A stretch of DNA of 64,000 nt, taken from the NCBI RefSeq assembly GCF_009914755.1, contig NC_060927.1. One strand, given 5' to 3'. A program made the position numbers and the translations under genes. Under the pieces are notes generated by a model that was not told the DNA's origin, did no database searches, and saw only the letters and a program-made list of their open reading frames with translations. Shown in pieces: positions 27,490-49,800 of this stretch (position 1 is the first letter of the stretch; the number at the start of each line of letters is the position of its first letter). Source of the DNA: the human T2T-CHM13v2.0 reference genome, Homo sapiens.

Positions 27490-27975
27490 GGGTTACTGGG
27501 ATCTGGTGCTCAGAAGTTAACATCAGTATTAGGTGCCAGGATTTTCCCACCCTTGTCTTTCCCCTGCTCTGCATTCCCGGTTGGGGGTGGGGGGCACTGA
27601 GCCCCACAGGCTGTGCTACCCAGACTCCCTTCTCAACTTGGCCAATGTCAGCCTATGCAGGGAGGTAGGAGAGCAGAAGGAAGACTACAGACACGGTACA
27701 GCGTATTTCCTGTCTCTCTGCCTGAGGCAGCATCTCTAGAAGCAGCTACACCTTTTCTGTGGCCCCAGCTCCCAGCTCCAGGATGCTACTCCTGGTAACA
27801 CTGCCTGCTCCCTCATCCCTCTGGCCTTGAGGTAGGAAGAACCTCTCTGTTCATAGCCTCTGAGATGCCTCACCATTTTCTCCCAGGAGCCTTAGCTGTT
27901 TCATCATCTATATAACCAATTGTCTATATTAGAGTCCCTCTGAAAAACCTAGAATGCTTTCTCTTTTACTGCTGT
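27490..27975 (+). mobile_element. LTR33-like ERVL LTR
   Basis: ggccaatg...tataaccaattgtctatattag...cctctgaaaaacctagaatg motifs. Confidence 0.5.
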
Positions 27976-28024
27976 TGAGTGTGTTATCAGTGGTTGCTGA
28001 ATCTTCTAATTCTGTATTCTATAC

Positions 28025-28642
28025 TGTTGTGTCAAACCCCTATTAACCTCAGTAGGGAAGGCACCCGGTTCAAGAGGCCAAAGAAAAGACCCAGAGCCAG
28101 CAAACAAGACATGGAGTTTTAATAGGGGCTTACATACAGGGGAGAGAGTCCAGTGGCAGCAAGCTGGATAGGAGAACTGACTTATGTACAGAAACAGTCC
28201 AGTGGCAGCAGGCTAGACAACATATCTACCTTCCTACAGTCCAGTGGTGGCAGACTAGGCAGCATATCTGCCTTCCTACTGTCCAGTGGTGGTGATCTGG
28301 ACAACATAGTTGCACGGCTCAGTAGCTACAGGCTGGGCAGGAAAACCACAACCACTTCCAAACAGCATGTAGTTTATATAGCATTTTCACAACACCCTTC
28401 CCTTAATGACCTCCACCTTGCAGCCTTCATTTAACCCAAAACTCAGGGCCTCAATCCCCTGTATTGCATGTGTTCCGTGGGACAGGCCAGGGGTTGAGAT
28501 ATTTGTAAAAGACAAAGAATGAATCTCCAGGTTGGCGACACCTGGATTCCCCAGCTTGGAACACACATTCAGGTGCATCTGCCATACAGGGACATTCTAA
28601 GAGAATGCTTCAATTATTGCCATTGGGTACATTTACCCTGCA
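28025..28642 (-). mobile_element. LTR47-like ERVL solo LTR with internal ~42-bp tandem repeats
   Basis: TG...CA ends; TSD tatac/tacac; minus-strand start tgcagggtaaatgtacccaatggcaataa. Confidence 0.7.
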
Positions 28643-29085
28643 TACACAAACCAAAGCAAAGCTCACAAATCACATTCTTACAGTTTTCAGGAGGTATACT
28701 TCATTTTTCATAAATCATCAAGGTCGTTTTAAATTGGTCATGGATTTTAATTGCTGCTGTGCTTAATTCTTTTACCAACAAAGGAATGTTAGTTTAGCTT
28801 CATCATTCTCAATTTAGCTTGTTGCAGATTGCTTGGTGCACCTTGTATGTGTAATGATTTGAATTTGTATCAATAGTATTATTAGCATTGTATTTTCTTA
28901 TAACTATTGTATCTGAATTTTGAAGTAGAATTTTAATTATTCAATTCCTCTTCAAAACTTTTTATCACCCAGTTCAGTTCTTTTTCCTTAAAACAAAAAT
29001 GACAAGGGGGGAAACAAGTTAACTACTCTGTCTCTTGTCCTACTAAGTGGATTGTGGTCAAAATTTAAAAGAAAAAAAAAATCAT

Positions 29086-29370
29086 GACTGGGCACAGTGG
29101 CTCACTCCTGTAATCCCAGCACTTTGGGAGGCTGAGGCAGGCAGATCACTTGAGCTCAGGAGTTCAAGACTAGCCTGGCCAACATGGTGAAACCCCCGTC
29201 TCCACTAAAAATACAAAAAAAATTAGCCAGGCATAGTGGGGGGCGCCTGTAATCCCAGCTACTCAGGAGGCTGAGGCAGGAGAATCGCTTCAACCTGGGA
29301 AGTGGAGGTTGCAGTGAGCCGAGATAAAACCACTACACTCCAGCCTGGGCGACAGAGTGAGACTCTGTCT

Positions 29371-29400
<30 letters not shown>
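29086..29400 (+). mobile_element. AluS with long pure A-tail
   Basis: Full dimer; TSD aaaaatcatg. Confidence 0.93.
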
Positions 29401-29405
<5 letters not shown>

Positions 29406-29439
29406 GCCACCTCCGAAAACACCCAGCTAATTTTGCTAC

Positions 29440-29575
29440 ACATGGGAATCTTGCTAAAATGCAGATTCTGATTCAGCAGGTCACAATGTGAGTGTGGAGG
29501 TCTGAGATTACACTTTTCTATCTAGCTTCTAGGCCATGCCCACGCTGCTAGTCTGAGAACCACACTGGGAATAGC
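29440..29575 (-). mobile_element. MER5-family fragment
   Basis: aaaatgcagattctgattcagcaggtc...ctgagaaccacact. Confidence 0.7.
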
Positions 29576-30164
29576 AAGATCTTCAGCATATCACAGAGTC
29601 TCTCCCATGTAAACTCTTAGTTTGCACAGTGCCCTACTGTGTTGGGGAGGAAGGCCTGGGAATGCCTTGCTTCCTCACTGGCAGCCAGGGCCTAAGCAGT
29701 GTTTCAGTTCCCTCCTTCTCACAACTGTATTGTTTTAGTCGAATGAGCCAAAATCAACCTGGCATTCCTAGGTGAAACTTTAATGTGATTGTAATTTCAG
29801 TGCTGTTCTATGTGATTCCGATCTGTCTTCTAATGAGAATACACATGTTTACAAATTTACTTGTGTCATAGAAAAAGAAATTAGAAAACTGCTTATACAA
29901 CAAGTCCCTTGAAGTGATTAGTATTCGCAGTATGATGTTAAGTAGGTTTTTTTAGGGAAACAACACAATGATTTTAAATTTTATTCTGATTCTTTGATTC
30001 ACGCAGCTTTCTATTTGCTTGAACTCTGAAGCCAAAGCCCTAATTTGCCATAAGAACACTACTAGGATTTCTGGAATAAAAATAACCTGATCAGATGTCA
30101 AGGCACTGACCCAAGAATGATGTCTACAGTCTGTTCCCAGATTTGCTTCTAGTTCAGTCAGTGA

Positions 30165-30604
<440 letters not shown>

Positions 30605-33515
30605 TCTAGTCCAAATTTCTACCCTCCTAAGAATATATATATATGTGTGTGTGTGTGTGTATCTCCAGACTGGTATATCCAAATGCCCACCAGGTCTTAC
30701 CACCTGGGGATATGATGGGTACTCCAAATTTAATTGTCCTACCTAAACTTTCTGCCTTCCCTCCAAACCTGATCCTCTTCCTATATTCCTATGCTGGCTA
30801 GTTATATGACCATCACAACCCACTCATCCAAGCCCAGAAACATCATTTCCTGTTACACTGTGAGCTCACTGGGGTAGCACTTGGTCTTAGTCACCTTCAT
30901 AACCCCAGTATTTTGAACTAGACTTGGCACTGCAAAATGCTGAAAAAATATGCCTGTATTGAACTAAACTCCATAAAGATGGATGGTCCATACAAACCTA
31001 GAAGTTATTTATGAGAATTTTGAAGAATTGCCATTGTGAAAAATTGCAATACTTCTACCTGCCCCCATGCTCCAAAACAAATGGGAATACAGCTTTTCTG
31101 TTAGTGATTTCTATACTAGGGTATAGTGAACTCCCATGAATCTAAACTCCATATAAGCAAAGCTTGGTAGTGTTTTAATTCTTATTTTTACATTCTGTAC
31201 CAACTCTTATCTATATTTATCTCCATATTTGTTATTTTTTACTGTATTTCTTCTAGCCTGTCACCCTCACTCACGGATGCATTCCTGCTATATGCCAATA
31301 TTGTAATAGGTGCTTTGTGACATTGTTTTTAATTTCACAGCCTGTGAGGTAGATTTTATAAATATTATTTTTAAGTGGGAAGCAGGTTCAAAGAGAGTAC
31401 ATGACTTAATATCAAACACAAGTAAGTGAGGAGGTTAGAGCTCCCATCGTATTCTCTCTGTGGCTACAGGCCTTCATAATACACTTTAGGGGATATGATC
31501 TTCCTTCCTCTTACTTGGAAAATTTCATCAAAGTTGTAGTATCTTCTCCATTTATAAAATAGCGTATGTTTTTGCAATTTGAAAAAATAAAGTTACCCAT
31601 AATACCACTATTTAGAGATATCAGCAGTTACATTTTGCTACATTATCTTTCAGGGTTTTTTCTATTTATAGCTGTGTTTTTAAACATGCCATACTGTTTT
31701 AATTATTATATATTTGTAATGTATCTTGACATCTGATAGGACAAATTTCCCCCTCCCTCATATCTCCTCTTTTCCAAAACTTTTAACTAGAAAAATATCT
31801 CTAATTTTTTTTTCAATGAGAGCTTCTCTTCATCTTCTTCTACCTTGTGAGAAGGGCCCCTTCTGAATATCTAGACATATAAACAAGGGTTCTCTCCATG
31901 TAGAAAAGACTTCTTTTGAAGTAGCTTGGGTTGGGGAGGCTGTCAATAAATGATAGTAAAATGAATCTAAAATGTGCTTATATCATTTTTTAAGAAATCA
32001 ATTTTTTTAATGCTTATAGAATCAGTTTTCTTCTGAATGCCTTCCCAGAGCTGGGAATTAGGGAAGACATTGAGACACCAAGTAATAAGGTAAGGCTGAG
32101 AGGGATTAAAAAAAAGACTTAGAGGGTTTAGAAAATATGCTGTTGTCTCTACAGCTGCAGAAAAGGAGCCTCACTTTTTTTAAAATTAGAACTTAGTTAC
32201 AGAAGAGAGGTTTACTCTGAAGCATGTCACCCACCAGTTGCCACCTAAGAAGTTCTCAAATAAATGTTCTTTCTTCCCCTTAACTGCAAACCCAGCAGAT
32301 AAGCCTGTAGCTGTGAAACAAAAGACACTCTGCTTTTGCCACCTGCCCACCTGTAGCTCCTAAAAATGATGTCACATTTTCATTCCTCAAGAGCTGGACT
32401 GTTCAGTGGCTAGGCAATTCTCCAGAAGCCCAAGAGCTCTGAGAGCAAAAGTGTAAGGCCAAATTTGTATATTTTTCTGGGCCAGGGCCCTGAGCTAGAC
32501 CAGGTACAGGCCCTGGGTTCCCCTAGGGTTTTGACCTCTCAGTGAATCTGATACAAGATGAGACTCTTTGGGAAGCCCCACCCTGGGGGCATGAGAGTAC
32601 TACCTAGCCTTTCCTTTTCAGCTTGGACATTAGCCACCCAGAGGGTTGCCCCTTTACCAGCTTTCCTCTAGGGTTGGTGCAGAATCTCTGCCTAACTCCT
32701 CAGGGCATGAGGCTGATACAAGAAGATGGGCATGGCATCCAGTGGCTGATCCCACCAAAGGCACACAGCATGTGCTGGCAGTCCAGCTGGGGCTTGGACT
32801 CATCCCCCATCCCAGTCCAGCCCTCCTTACTCAGAGTCTTCCAGCATATTGCCTTTGTTGAAGCTAGTGTACTGCCATGGAGGTGTTCATGTCAGCTGAT
32901 GGAGCACTGGCTCATGGTGGGAACTAACAAAACTGTGATAGACTGACATGTGGTCAGAGATCTCTGTGGACATTCATACCTGTGTGGTATTCAGTGCTGA
33001 GGAGAACACAGAAGGCCACACTGTGTGGTGCCTAGAGTGATGGAACTGAAGGAAGAACACAAAGTCTACATAAACAACAACAGTGCAGGGCAGGAAGGAG
33101 TGCTAAGAAAATTCATGTCTATTGAGTCAGTTGTGAAAATAAGAATTCATCCACTCACTGATTAAGAACCCTCCTGTGAAGCCAAGAAAGATAAGAGCTT
33201 AAGAGGTGCTCACATCTTAGGTATACAGAAAAACCAATATGCTGTAATCATGTTCCATTTGCAGAGATCATCTTGGGAGGCCTGATGTAATAGGACAAAC
33301 AAAAAGTTGTGTCTGCAGAATGCATGGGACCAATCATGGGCCCTTCTCTTGATGGATGCTTAACTTAGCAGCACAGGCAGATCCCTAAATAATTAATTAA
33401 AATAGTGCTGTGAGGTGTTGTGATAAAGATTTATGCTTAGAGAAGAAGTGAGAAAGTTGGATGAGGCTTTATAAAGAAGAATGGGGGAAATAAGTAGAAA
33501 GTATGTATGTTTAGA

Positions 33516-33664
33516 GGCTGGGCACAGTGGCTGATGCCTGTAATCCCTAGTACTCAGGAGGCTGAGGCAGGAGAATCGCTTGAACCCAAGAGGTGGAGAT
33601 TGCAGTGAGCTGAGATCACACCACTGTATTCCAGCCTGGGCAACAGACTCTGTCTCCAAAAACA
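33516..33664 (+). mobile_element. Monomer-length Alu (left-arm start joined to right arm)
   Basis: ggctgggcacagtggctgatgcctgtaatccc continues directly into right-arm ggaggctgaggcaggagaatcgcttgaaccc. Confidence 0.85.
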
Positions 33665-33821
33665 GGGGGAAAAAATGTATGTTTTGAATTTTGTTTGGTC
33701 GTACTGTGGAATGTTTCTGACATTCTCAGAAGTTTCTGGCATGCTATAAAGACACCCATCTATAAGTCATATAGATTCGACAACTCTCATGGGCCCACAA
33801 GCATAGATTTTAAGAAGACAA

Positions 33822-37755
<3,934 letters not shown>

Positions 37756-38589
37756 AAGGTTGCTTACATTTCTTCCTTCAGGGGAAGTTTCAATGGGAAG
37801 ATGGCCACACCCCAGCCTCTGGCACTCTCTTATCCTGACAACCTTATGAGCTCTTGCAGGACAGATCTGGTCATACATCTATGTCATAAATTTATTTACA
37901 TCATCTGAGCAGCAGTCTGTTATCCTCAGCCTTGCTTTTTGTCCCATCAGTAAAACACTTCATTACAGTCATTCTCCCTAGGGAAATGGAGCAAAGTGGA
38001 AAGACAGGTCACCATAGAATCTCCAAGAACATATGTGTTTGGAAAACAACACTTCTGCCAAGAAATGATGCTGTTGCCCGCATTGCGGCACATATCCCCT
38101 CCTAAGAATCACTCATTTGCAGCATTTGGTACAGGACAGATGCACAGAGGTCATGCAGGAAAGGTGTGTTCACTTACATTCACACTCTGCTGGCACCCCC
38201 AGTGAGTACCAAGGGTCTGGTCTTTCTCTTGGAGCTCTCGGTTGAGCTGTCTAATTCTTCCTCTAGCCCTGTAAGGCACAACCTATCCCATTTTGTGGAT
38301 GAGAAAACTGTAGCTCTAAGGACTTTAAGTAATCAGTTCTAACTATGTTGTCATTGGTAAATTTTGAAGGTTTGCTGTTATTTCCAAAAGATCGTATTAA
38401 ATTTTTCAGTGTTTAGAGGAATTATACCATACCAAAAGATAAAAATCAAGAAATGTTTAAAGTTTTTAATAATCTAGTTTTTAAAAACTATTTTATACCA
38501 GCTTTCTCTTTCTCTGAGAAATCTTAAGATACTTAATGTTTCCCCTTAGTTAATAGAAGTTATAAAGTTCCATGCCTTTTTTCTGACAT

Positions 38590-42310
<3,721 letters not shown>

Positions 42311-42401
42311 TAAGAGATTATCATGCTTAAATTTGTGAAAGTATACAGAGCTAAGAATCTTTGTGTAATCATCCTCAGGGATTTCAGAGGTAACTTGGAA
42401 A

Positions 42402-42686
42402 TTTTTTTTTATAGGATCTGGCTTCATCACCCAGGCTGGAGAGCAGTGGTGCAATCTTGGCACCTCGCAACCTCTGCCTCCTGGGCTCAATCTATCCTCC
42501 CACCTCAGCCTCTGGAGTAGCTGGGACTACAGGCATGTGCCACTGTGCCTGATTTTTGTATTTTTTGTAGAGATGGGGCTTTGCCATGTTGCCCAGTCTG
42601 GTCTCGAACTCCTAGGCTCAAGCAATCTGACTGTCTCAGCCTCCCAAACTGCTGGGATTATAGGTGTGAGCTACTGAGTCTGACCA
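42402..42686 (-). mobile_element. AluJ
   Basis: Diverged dimer; TSD aacttggaa. Confidence 0.9.
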
Positions 42687-43554
42687 ACTTGGAATCTTTT
42701 AAAAAATAAGTCAGGGAAATCAAGCATGGACAGCTCTGGACAGTTCCAAGTTGGAAAGCTTTTCCCTATAAATCTCATCACCAGGAGAGCATCTCTCTTT
42801 CTTCCTAAGCCACCTCTCGTACACACCTACTGAGGCTTAGAAGCTGCAGTTTGATTATGAGAGAAAATGCCTGGGACAGAAAGCAGGTAGATTCCGGTTT
42901 CTCACACATTTGTGGGAATGATCCAGAACCCAAGACCTGTGGGACACAGGCAGTCCAGCCATGCCCAAGATGCCTTTGACCTGGCTCTCCATTCCATCTC
43001 CTGACTCATCTAGCACTCTTTGAACAGATTAGTCTGGCTGCACTGTTGGATAGGGCCCTGGTCTGTTTTGTCACCCCTATACGTTTAACACAGTGCCTGG
43101 CACATAGTGGGCCCTCAATACATAGTGAAAGAATGAAAGAATGAGTGAATGAACAAATAAATGAGTCCATGCACAGACGCAGGATTCCACCCTGTCCTCT
43201 ATTTCAGCAGGATGCCGACACAAAGGTTCTTCTCATCTAGCCTTGCCTGCAGTTGTGCATGTTTGGTTGGAAACCAGACACCTGAGCATGGACCAGGGAG
43301 CAGTACACTTAGCCAGTCCACCCGGGGTGCTGGGGTCCTCACAGCCCTCTCCCCGCACCTCTGCCCCATGAACCACATGCATCCTGTGAGTTTCCCCTGA
43401 GTCATAAGTTTAAATAAACGCAATAAAATCAGTAATATCAAATGAGGATAATCATGACTGAGCCTTCCCTGGAAGCCCCAAGGAAGAGCTTCCAGAAAAG
43501 CTGTCTGCGTTAACTCTAAGTCAAATCATAATCGAAAACACATTACTACTTTTT

Positions 43555-43720
43555 CCTGGCAGAAAGTAAATTTATTTTTAAAATTTTATTTTTAATTGAC
43601 AATAATTGTGTATATTTATGGGGTACAATGTGACATTTTGATATATATACATTATGGAATAATTAAATCAAGCTAGTTAACATATCTATCTCACACATCT
43701 TATCATTTTTGTGTGTGACA
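43555..43720 (-). mobile_element. Short L1MA-type 3' end with possible 3' transduction
   Basis: aattgacaataattgtgtatatttatggggtacaatgtg; flanking repeats aaaacacattac(tac)ttttt / aaagcacattacttttt. Confidence 0.75.
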
Positions 43721-43996
43721 TAAAGCACATTACTTTTTAAGGAAAAGTTTTCTGCTCTACAAATCAACCTGTGGTTTTACAGCTCATTCCCCACGGATTT
43801 GCTGTAGTCTTCCACCTCCCTGCAGCCCCAGGCTGGTGCCCTGATTCTACTCTGAGACTTGAGTAAGCTGAAGCATTCTATTTTAAGTTCATTAAAATAT
43901 TTCGGAATGCTATAGAGTTTTGGTATAAGCAATGAATGGAGAACTCATCCGATGATGCACTTGAAGTCTTCTCGGTCTGTCTAGAACTTAGAACAT

Positions 43997-44420
43997 GATA
44001 TTAGGACTCTTGGTTGCAAATAATAAAAACTCAACTCAAAAAGCCTTGAACAAACAAGAGAATTTGTTGGCTCATATAATGGTAAAGTCCAGGGATTGCC
44101 TTCAGGCTTGAGTAGATACAGGTGTTCTAAGTATATGAACAGAATCCTGCCCCTCCCCACTGTCAGATCTGCTTTTGAACCTCTAGGCTTTCATTCTGCC
44201 ATGGAGCCAGCCCTGCAGAAAGGGGGCATCTATTACCAAGATCTCCAGTAGAAGCTCCCAGCTCAACCCCAATGGCAGGTCTGAGTCATGAGACCACCAC
44301 CACTAGTGCCAGAAGTGGTATCCAGCCTTCCAGAACCACATAGACTAAGTTGGAGAGGGAGGGAGGAGTGTCCCAAAAGGAAAAGAAATGTCCCTTTTAG
44401 AAGAATGAGGGGCACAGTAA
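43997..44420 (-). mobile_element. Old MLT1-type LTR
   Basis: ttaggactcttggttgcaaataataaaaactcaactcaaa...ttgttggctcatataa. Confidence 0.65.
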
Positions 44421-44939
44421 CAACTATCCTCCACTGATACCATGTGGACCCTTCCAGCTGCAGAGCTGAGCCTTTCTGGTGACCAGCTGCTCAGAGAGCA
44501 GGGCAGTGTGTGGAAGGAGGAGCCTGGAGAACATTTCTCTTCTGCAGTTGCATTTCTTTTGTGCTTTTAAAGATATCAAATAAATCATAAGCCCAGAGGG
44601 CGTGATTTCTAGAAGCAAGGCTTTCTGTATTTCCTTTATTTTCTGTTATATTATTCTAAATTCTGAAAATAGCTTTATCAGTGTTTTTTAAATAAAAATG
44701 ACAGATGCTTCTTGTAATAAATTAAAATTCTATAGTAAAATAAATTGGAGAGAGAGAGTCTCTATTCATGCTAGGTGCCTCTGAATAGCACTTGTGCATG
44801 ATTGCAAGCTCCCAGTTTTTAATCTCTGCTCGAGTTTGCTCCTTTGGGCAAGGAACTCACTCTTTCTGCATGTTGATTTATGCATCTATGAAAGAGAGGA
44901 CTCATCATTTTAGAGCTATTAAAAGAAATTATCAAGCCC

Positions 44940-45240
44940 TCTTCTGATGCCAGGCGCCTTATTATTTATGTTATATTATTTAATCTTCAAAACAGCCTGA
45001 TAAGTTGGTTATTGTCATCATCCCCATCTTATAGATGAAGAAACTGAGACTTAGAGGGATTAAGTAATGTGCTCAAGACCACACTTGTAGTAAATGCCAG
45101 GGTCTGGGCCACTTCCACCAGCACCCGTACCCATGTGCCTACCACTGCACTGTACCCTGTGAGAATTAAATAAGATAATGCAAGGAAAACTTTTGGCACA
45201 GTACCTCAGACAGAGTAAGCACTCAAAAAATTGTGCTCAT
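44940..45240. mobile_element. MIR elements
   Basis: Core ccccatcttatagatgaagaaactgagacttagag. Confidence 0.8.
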
Positions 45241-46619
45241 TTTTTCATAATAGTGATACTGATTTTATGATGAAGTTTTATGGGAAAGAAATTATACATT
45301 CGGTATATTGTGTTTGATAGGTGCTTTTTCTCCCACCATGAGGAAGACAAACCTTTCAATTTCATTTTTTCCACCAAACCAGGGGGAGAAGATAATGTTT
45401 GCCTTCTGCCCTTTCATTCTCCTTCCTGAGCTGCATTTGGGACCAGAAGTAGGCTTTGCCATGGACCAGTTGGCGACTCTTTCAGGGGTTTCTCTTTAAT
45501 GTGAGGCCACTTTGAGAGGGACTTTAGAATCTCACACCATGGGTGGGAAGTGTAAATTGGTGCAAGCTTTCTGAAAAAGTCACATCTTTGAACCTGGCTG
45601 CTTTACGTCTAGGATCCACAACTGTGGATATGTGAAATTGTTTAGCTGGCAGCATATCCATCACAGAACCGTTTTTAATGCAGAAGAAATGGGAAGGATT
45701 CAAGGTCCAAAGATTGGAGATCAGTTACATAAAGCTTGCTGTGTCCATACTATGGAGAACTCTGAGGTGACTGAAGATGTCATGGGAGAAGACTTCAACA
45801 ACATTACAGTCAATCAGGAATACTAAGTGGAAAAAACAAGTTATAAAACAATGTCTGTCCATCACGTACTGGATTTTATTAAGTGTCTACTAGGTGCACT
45901 TTAGTGGTCTAGGCACATGGGATATAGGAGTGGGAAAAAAATGTCTTCTTTGAGCCTATGTTCTATTCAAGAGGGGAAATAGATAAACAAATTAATAATT
46001 GTCAATATGTTGATATACTGATTATTGTTGTAATTACTTAATCATAGAGAATTATATATCACTAAATAGCAGGTACAAAGAAGTATTCTGTAAAAATATA
46101 AGGAATAAAAATCAGAGTAAGAGGACTGTCATGTTGGCGTGGTAGTGGCATTTTTGCAAGGATCGTCAGGGAAGGCCTCCCAAGGGAAGTGATATTTGCA
46201 CAAAGGCCTGAATGAAGTGTCGGATTGAGCCTGAGACTATCTGTGGGGAACTGTTTTATAGGCAGAGGGAACAGCAAGATCAAAGCCAGTGTGAGCGTGT
46301 TTGTTAAAAGACAGTGTGAACATTGTATGTACTGAAAGACACATGTGCTCAGGAAAACCCATTTGTGGCTTTTTCTCTTCATTGAAGTCAGTAACAATTT
46401 AAAAGGGGCACCTCCCCACTGCCACCATCACTGTTTCCTGGCCACTCCAGTTGGCTGCCCTGCTGCTGCCCCACAGCCCCTGTCTGCTAAACCTTGTGGG
46501 AAGAGGGAGTTCATCCTCCCTGTTGAAAAATTTGGTCTCTCATTGCTGCTCTGGCCCTGGAGCCCCTTCAGCACCAACAGCTTTAGACTGACCTCTCGGT
46601 CCCTGCCTTCTCTGTGTGC

Positions 46620-46717
46620 CTGCATGAATACACACACACAAATGCACACACACATGCATGCACACACATACACATGAGCACATGCACATTTGCATGCACG
46701 TATGCACACACACACAC
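46620..46717. repeat. (CA)/(TGCA) alternating purine-pyrimidine tract
   Basis: Directly visible. Confidence 0.9.
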
Positions 46718-46859
46718 CCCACCACAAGTTCCAGGACCCCTCCCAATCTCTGTGTAGGCTGATTACAAACCACCTTGCATGGAAGTCTGAAAGAACACTC
46801 ATCTAATGTCAGGTTCCAGTAGTAGAACTTTGGGTAGTTTTCTGAATCTTCTTTTGCCT

Positions 46860-49800
46860 GTTTTTATTTCAGTTTTTATAATAATACATGTACTTGGTTA
46901 AAATAAATTCAGACAGTAAAAGATATTAAAAGGATTTCAGATCCCCAACTCCTTGCCAAGTCCCAGTCCCCCAGGGAATCACATTTAAACATTTCTGGGG
47001 GCTACCATAATAATCCTAAATAATATGTTTATCTTGCCACTTATTGATTAGTCAACTTTAGACTTTAATGAATAGTTCACTTTTTTCCTATCTCCTTACC
47101 TTCTCCTTGGAAGTTTTATTAAAACTTTTATTATATGCTGGCGACCTCTATGACTTTAACTAGCATATTGAAACCATTATCTTTGGTATATATACCTTAC
47201 ACAGTCTGTCTTGACTGCATTCTGTAAGATTTTGACTCCATTCTGCAAGATGGGGAAATTAGCATCTCTGAACTACCCTCATCATTCCTCCTTCTCTTTA
47301 TATCCAGACTTCTATCAGGCTATCAATGATTTTTAATTTTTCTTTCAATAACAAATGCACATGTCTTGACCATGTGATCCTTTTATACTTTGTCTATAAA
47401 TAGGGTGAAAATTAAGTAGTTTCTAAATTATATAAATATTATCTTCTAGAGACCAAAGTCATGACTTGAAATTCATGGAGAGAAAAAAAACTGTTATTCT
47501 TGGCTATAACACTTGGGCTACTTGAAAAATGGGTCATCATCTTTCTTCTTCTACTCAGTTAGTTTACAAAATCATACAACTTTTCATTTGCTTCATAGTT
47601 AGACCATATTTTCTTGAGCTGTTTTTGGTTTTGGTTTTGATTTTCTGAAAGCTTCTAATAGCCTTTCCTTATTCTTGTTGACAGAACAAAGACGTGGCTC
47701 CTTCTTCACCATTTCTCTTCATACATGTAGATTCTTAATTATATACTTATTGAATGCCCCATTTGGGCTGCCTACCTTCCAGATCTGCTGCATCAAATCC
47801 TGGGACTTCTCTTCATTGTACTCCTGGGACAGTTTCCTTCTTTTTAGAGTCCCAAGATCCTCTTTCTTGGATGGCTTTTAGTTCTCCTGGCATACACCTT
47901 GAGAATTCTCTTTTCCAGAAAGCAATCTTACATGTCTGAAAATGTCTTTATTTTGCCCTCTTGTGATGATGGTTTGGCTGAACATAGAAGTCTAACTTCA
48001 TGCCATTTATTCTTAGAAAATCTATGCTCTACTGTCTTCTAGCATTCATTGTTATTGATTACAAATTTTAGCATCATTATTTTTATCCTTTTGCAAAGTA
48101 TTATTTTTTTCTGTGTGAAGCCACTAAGTTCTCCTTATCTTTGAGGATCTGAATTTTCATGAAGATGTAGCAAGGTAGGTTTGTCTGCTTTATTTTGTTT
48201 TATGTTCCATTTGTTGTTTAGGCAATTGGTAGGCCGTCTTAACCTAAAGACTTTTCCCTTTCTTAGCTTGGGGAAATTTTCTTCTGTTATGTCTTTGATT
48301 TTTTCCCCGCTTTCATTTTCTCTTTTCTTCCTTTTTGGAATTCTGTTAGATGCTAGACCTCCTGAATTGATCCCCCATGTCTCTTTTCTCTCATATATTC
48401 CATATTTTTGCCTTCTTATTGTACATTCCAGAAAATGTATGTTGATTTTAACTTTTAGGTCTTCTATTAAATTTTTTATTGATCCTGTTTTCTATTTCCA
48501 ATAAGTTGTTGCTTATCTTCTACATATATTTCACATCACCCTAGCCTGTTGCATGGATGCAGTATCTTTTCAAATCATTATGGACATTAATTAGAGTTTA
48601 AATTACTTTCAATATCCTGAGTTATCTTTCTTTGCCCTTTGTTACTTGTTGTTAGTTTATCTTGACTCTTTTTTCTTTCTTCTTATGCCATTGGATTGTT
48701 GCAAATGTCTGGTGATTTCTTGTCATCTATTCATATTTTTGAACAAAGGACTTAGTTGGTGAATAAAGGTAACCAACATGGGCCTCCTCTGCCATTGGGT
48801 AGATAAATATTCCCAATAGACCTCTCTTTTGAAAGGAGTTTAGGGCTGAAAGGTGGAGGTGCTTACTGAGAGCTCCAAGTTTGTGAGTTAGGCAGGCAAT
48901 TGACAGGCTTTGCCTTGGTGTACGTGTATGATATCTGATGGGCAGGCATGTAGGGACTCCCCCAATGCCAAACAAGATAAGCTTCTTCCGTATTAGTCCA
49001 TTTGTGTTGCTAGGAAGGAATACTTGGGGCAGGGTAATTTATAAAGAAAAGAGGTTTGTTTGGCTCATGGTTCTACCATTACAAGAAGGTGCCAGCATCT
49101 GCTTCTGGTAAAAACCTCAGGAACCTTTTACTTATAGCAGAATGCAAGGGAGCCTGTGTGTCACATGGTGAGAGAGGGAGCAAGAGAGAGGGAATGTTGT
49201 CACACTCTTTTCAACAACCAGCTCTTGAGTGAACTAATAGAGTGAGAACTCATTACCACAGGAAGGACACCAAGCCATTCATGAGGGATATGCCTTCAAA
49301 GCCCAAACACCTTCCACCAGGCCCACCTCTAGCATTGGGGATCACATTTTAACATGAGATTTGCAATTGGGACAAATATCCAAACTATATCAGCTTCACT
49401 GTATGGTGTTAATCTCCATACTGAAGTCTTAAATCTGAAGTAGATTGTTCAACTTCAATAGAGAACCACTTTATCTTTTGGGCCTAAGACCAATCATCCT
49501 CAGACCAATTGCTCATTTGTTAGGGTGTAGGGATGGGGGACCAAGAGGCCTCATTATTGTCTACACAACCATTAAATTACCTTTCTGAGTACTGTCATAA
49601 TCCAAACCTGCTCTCTGAATCAACCAACTCAAAATTGGGCCTTCCAGTTAGAGTCCAAGCTCTTCCATCTGTTCTGAAGTACATGGTTCTTTGTTACCTT
49701 TATGCTATCATTGCCAAAATCTCTGATTTTGCTCTCACCCCCATTCCTTCCTTGTATAGATTGTTTTTTACCTTTGGATATCTTCTCACATTTCACTGGG

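Noticed and set aside
28148-28345. CRISPR-like array
   Set aside because: Eukaryotic LTR-internal tandem repeat; units are homologous along their length and there are no cas genes.
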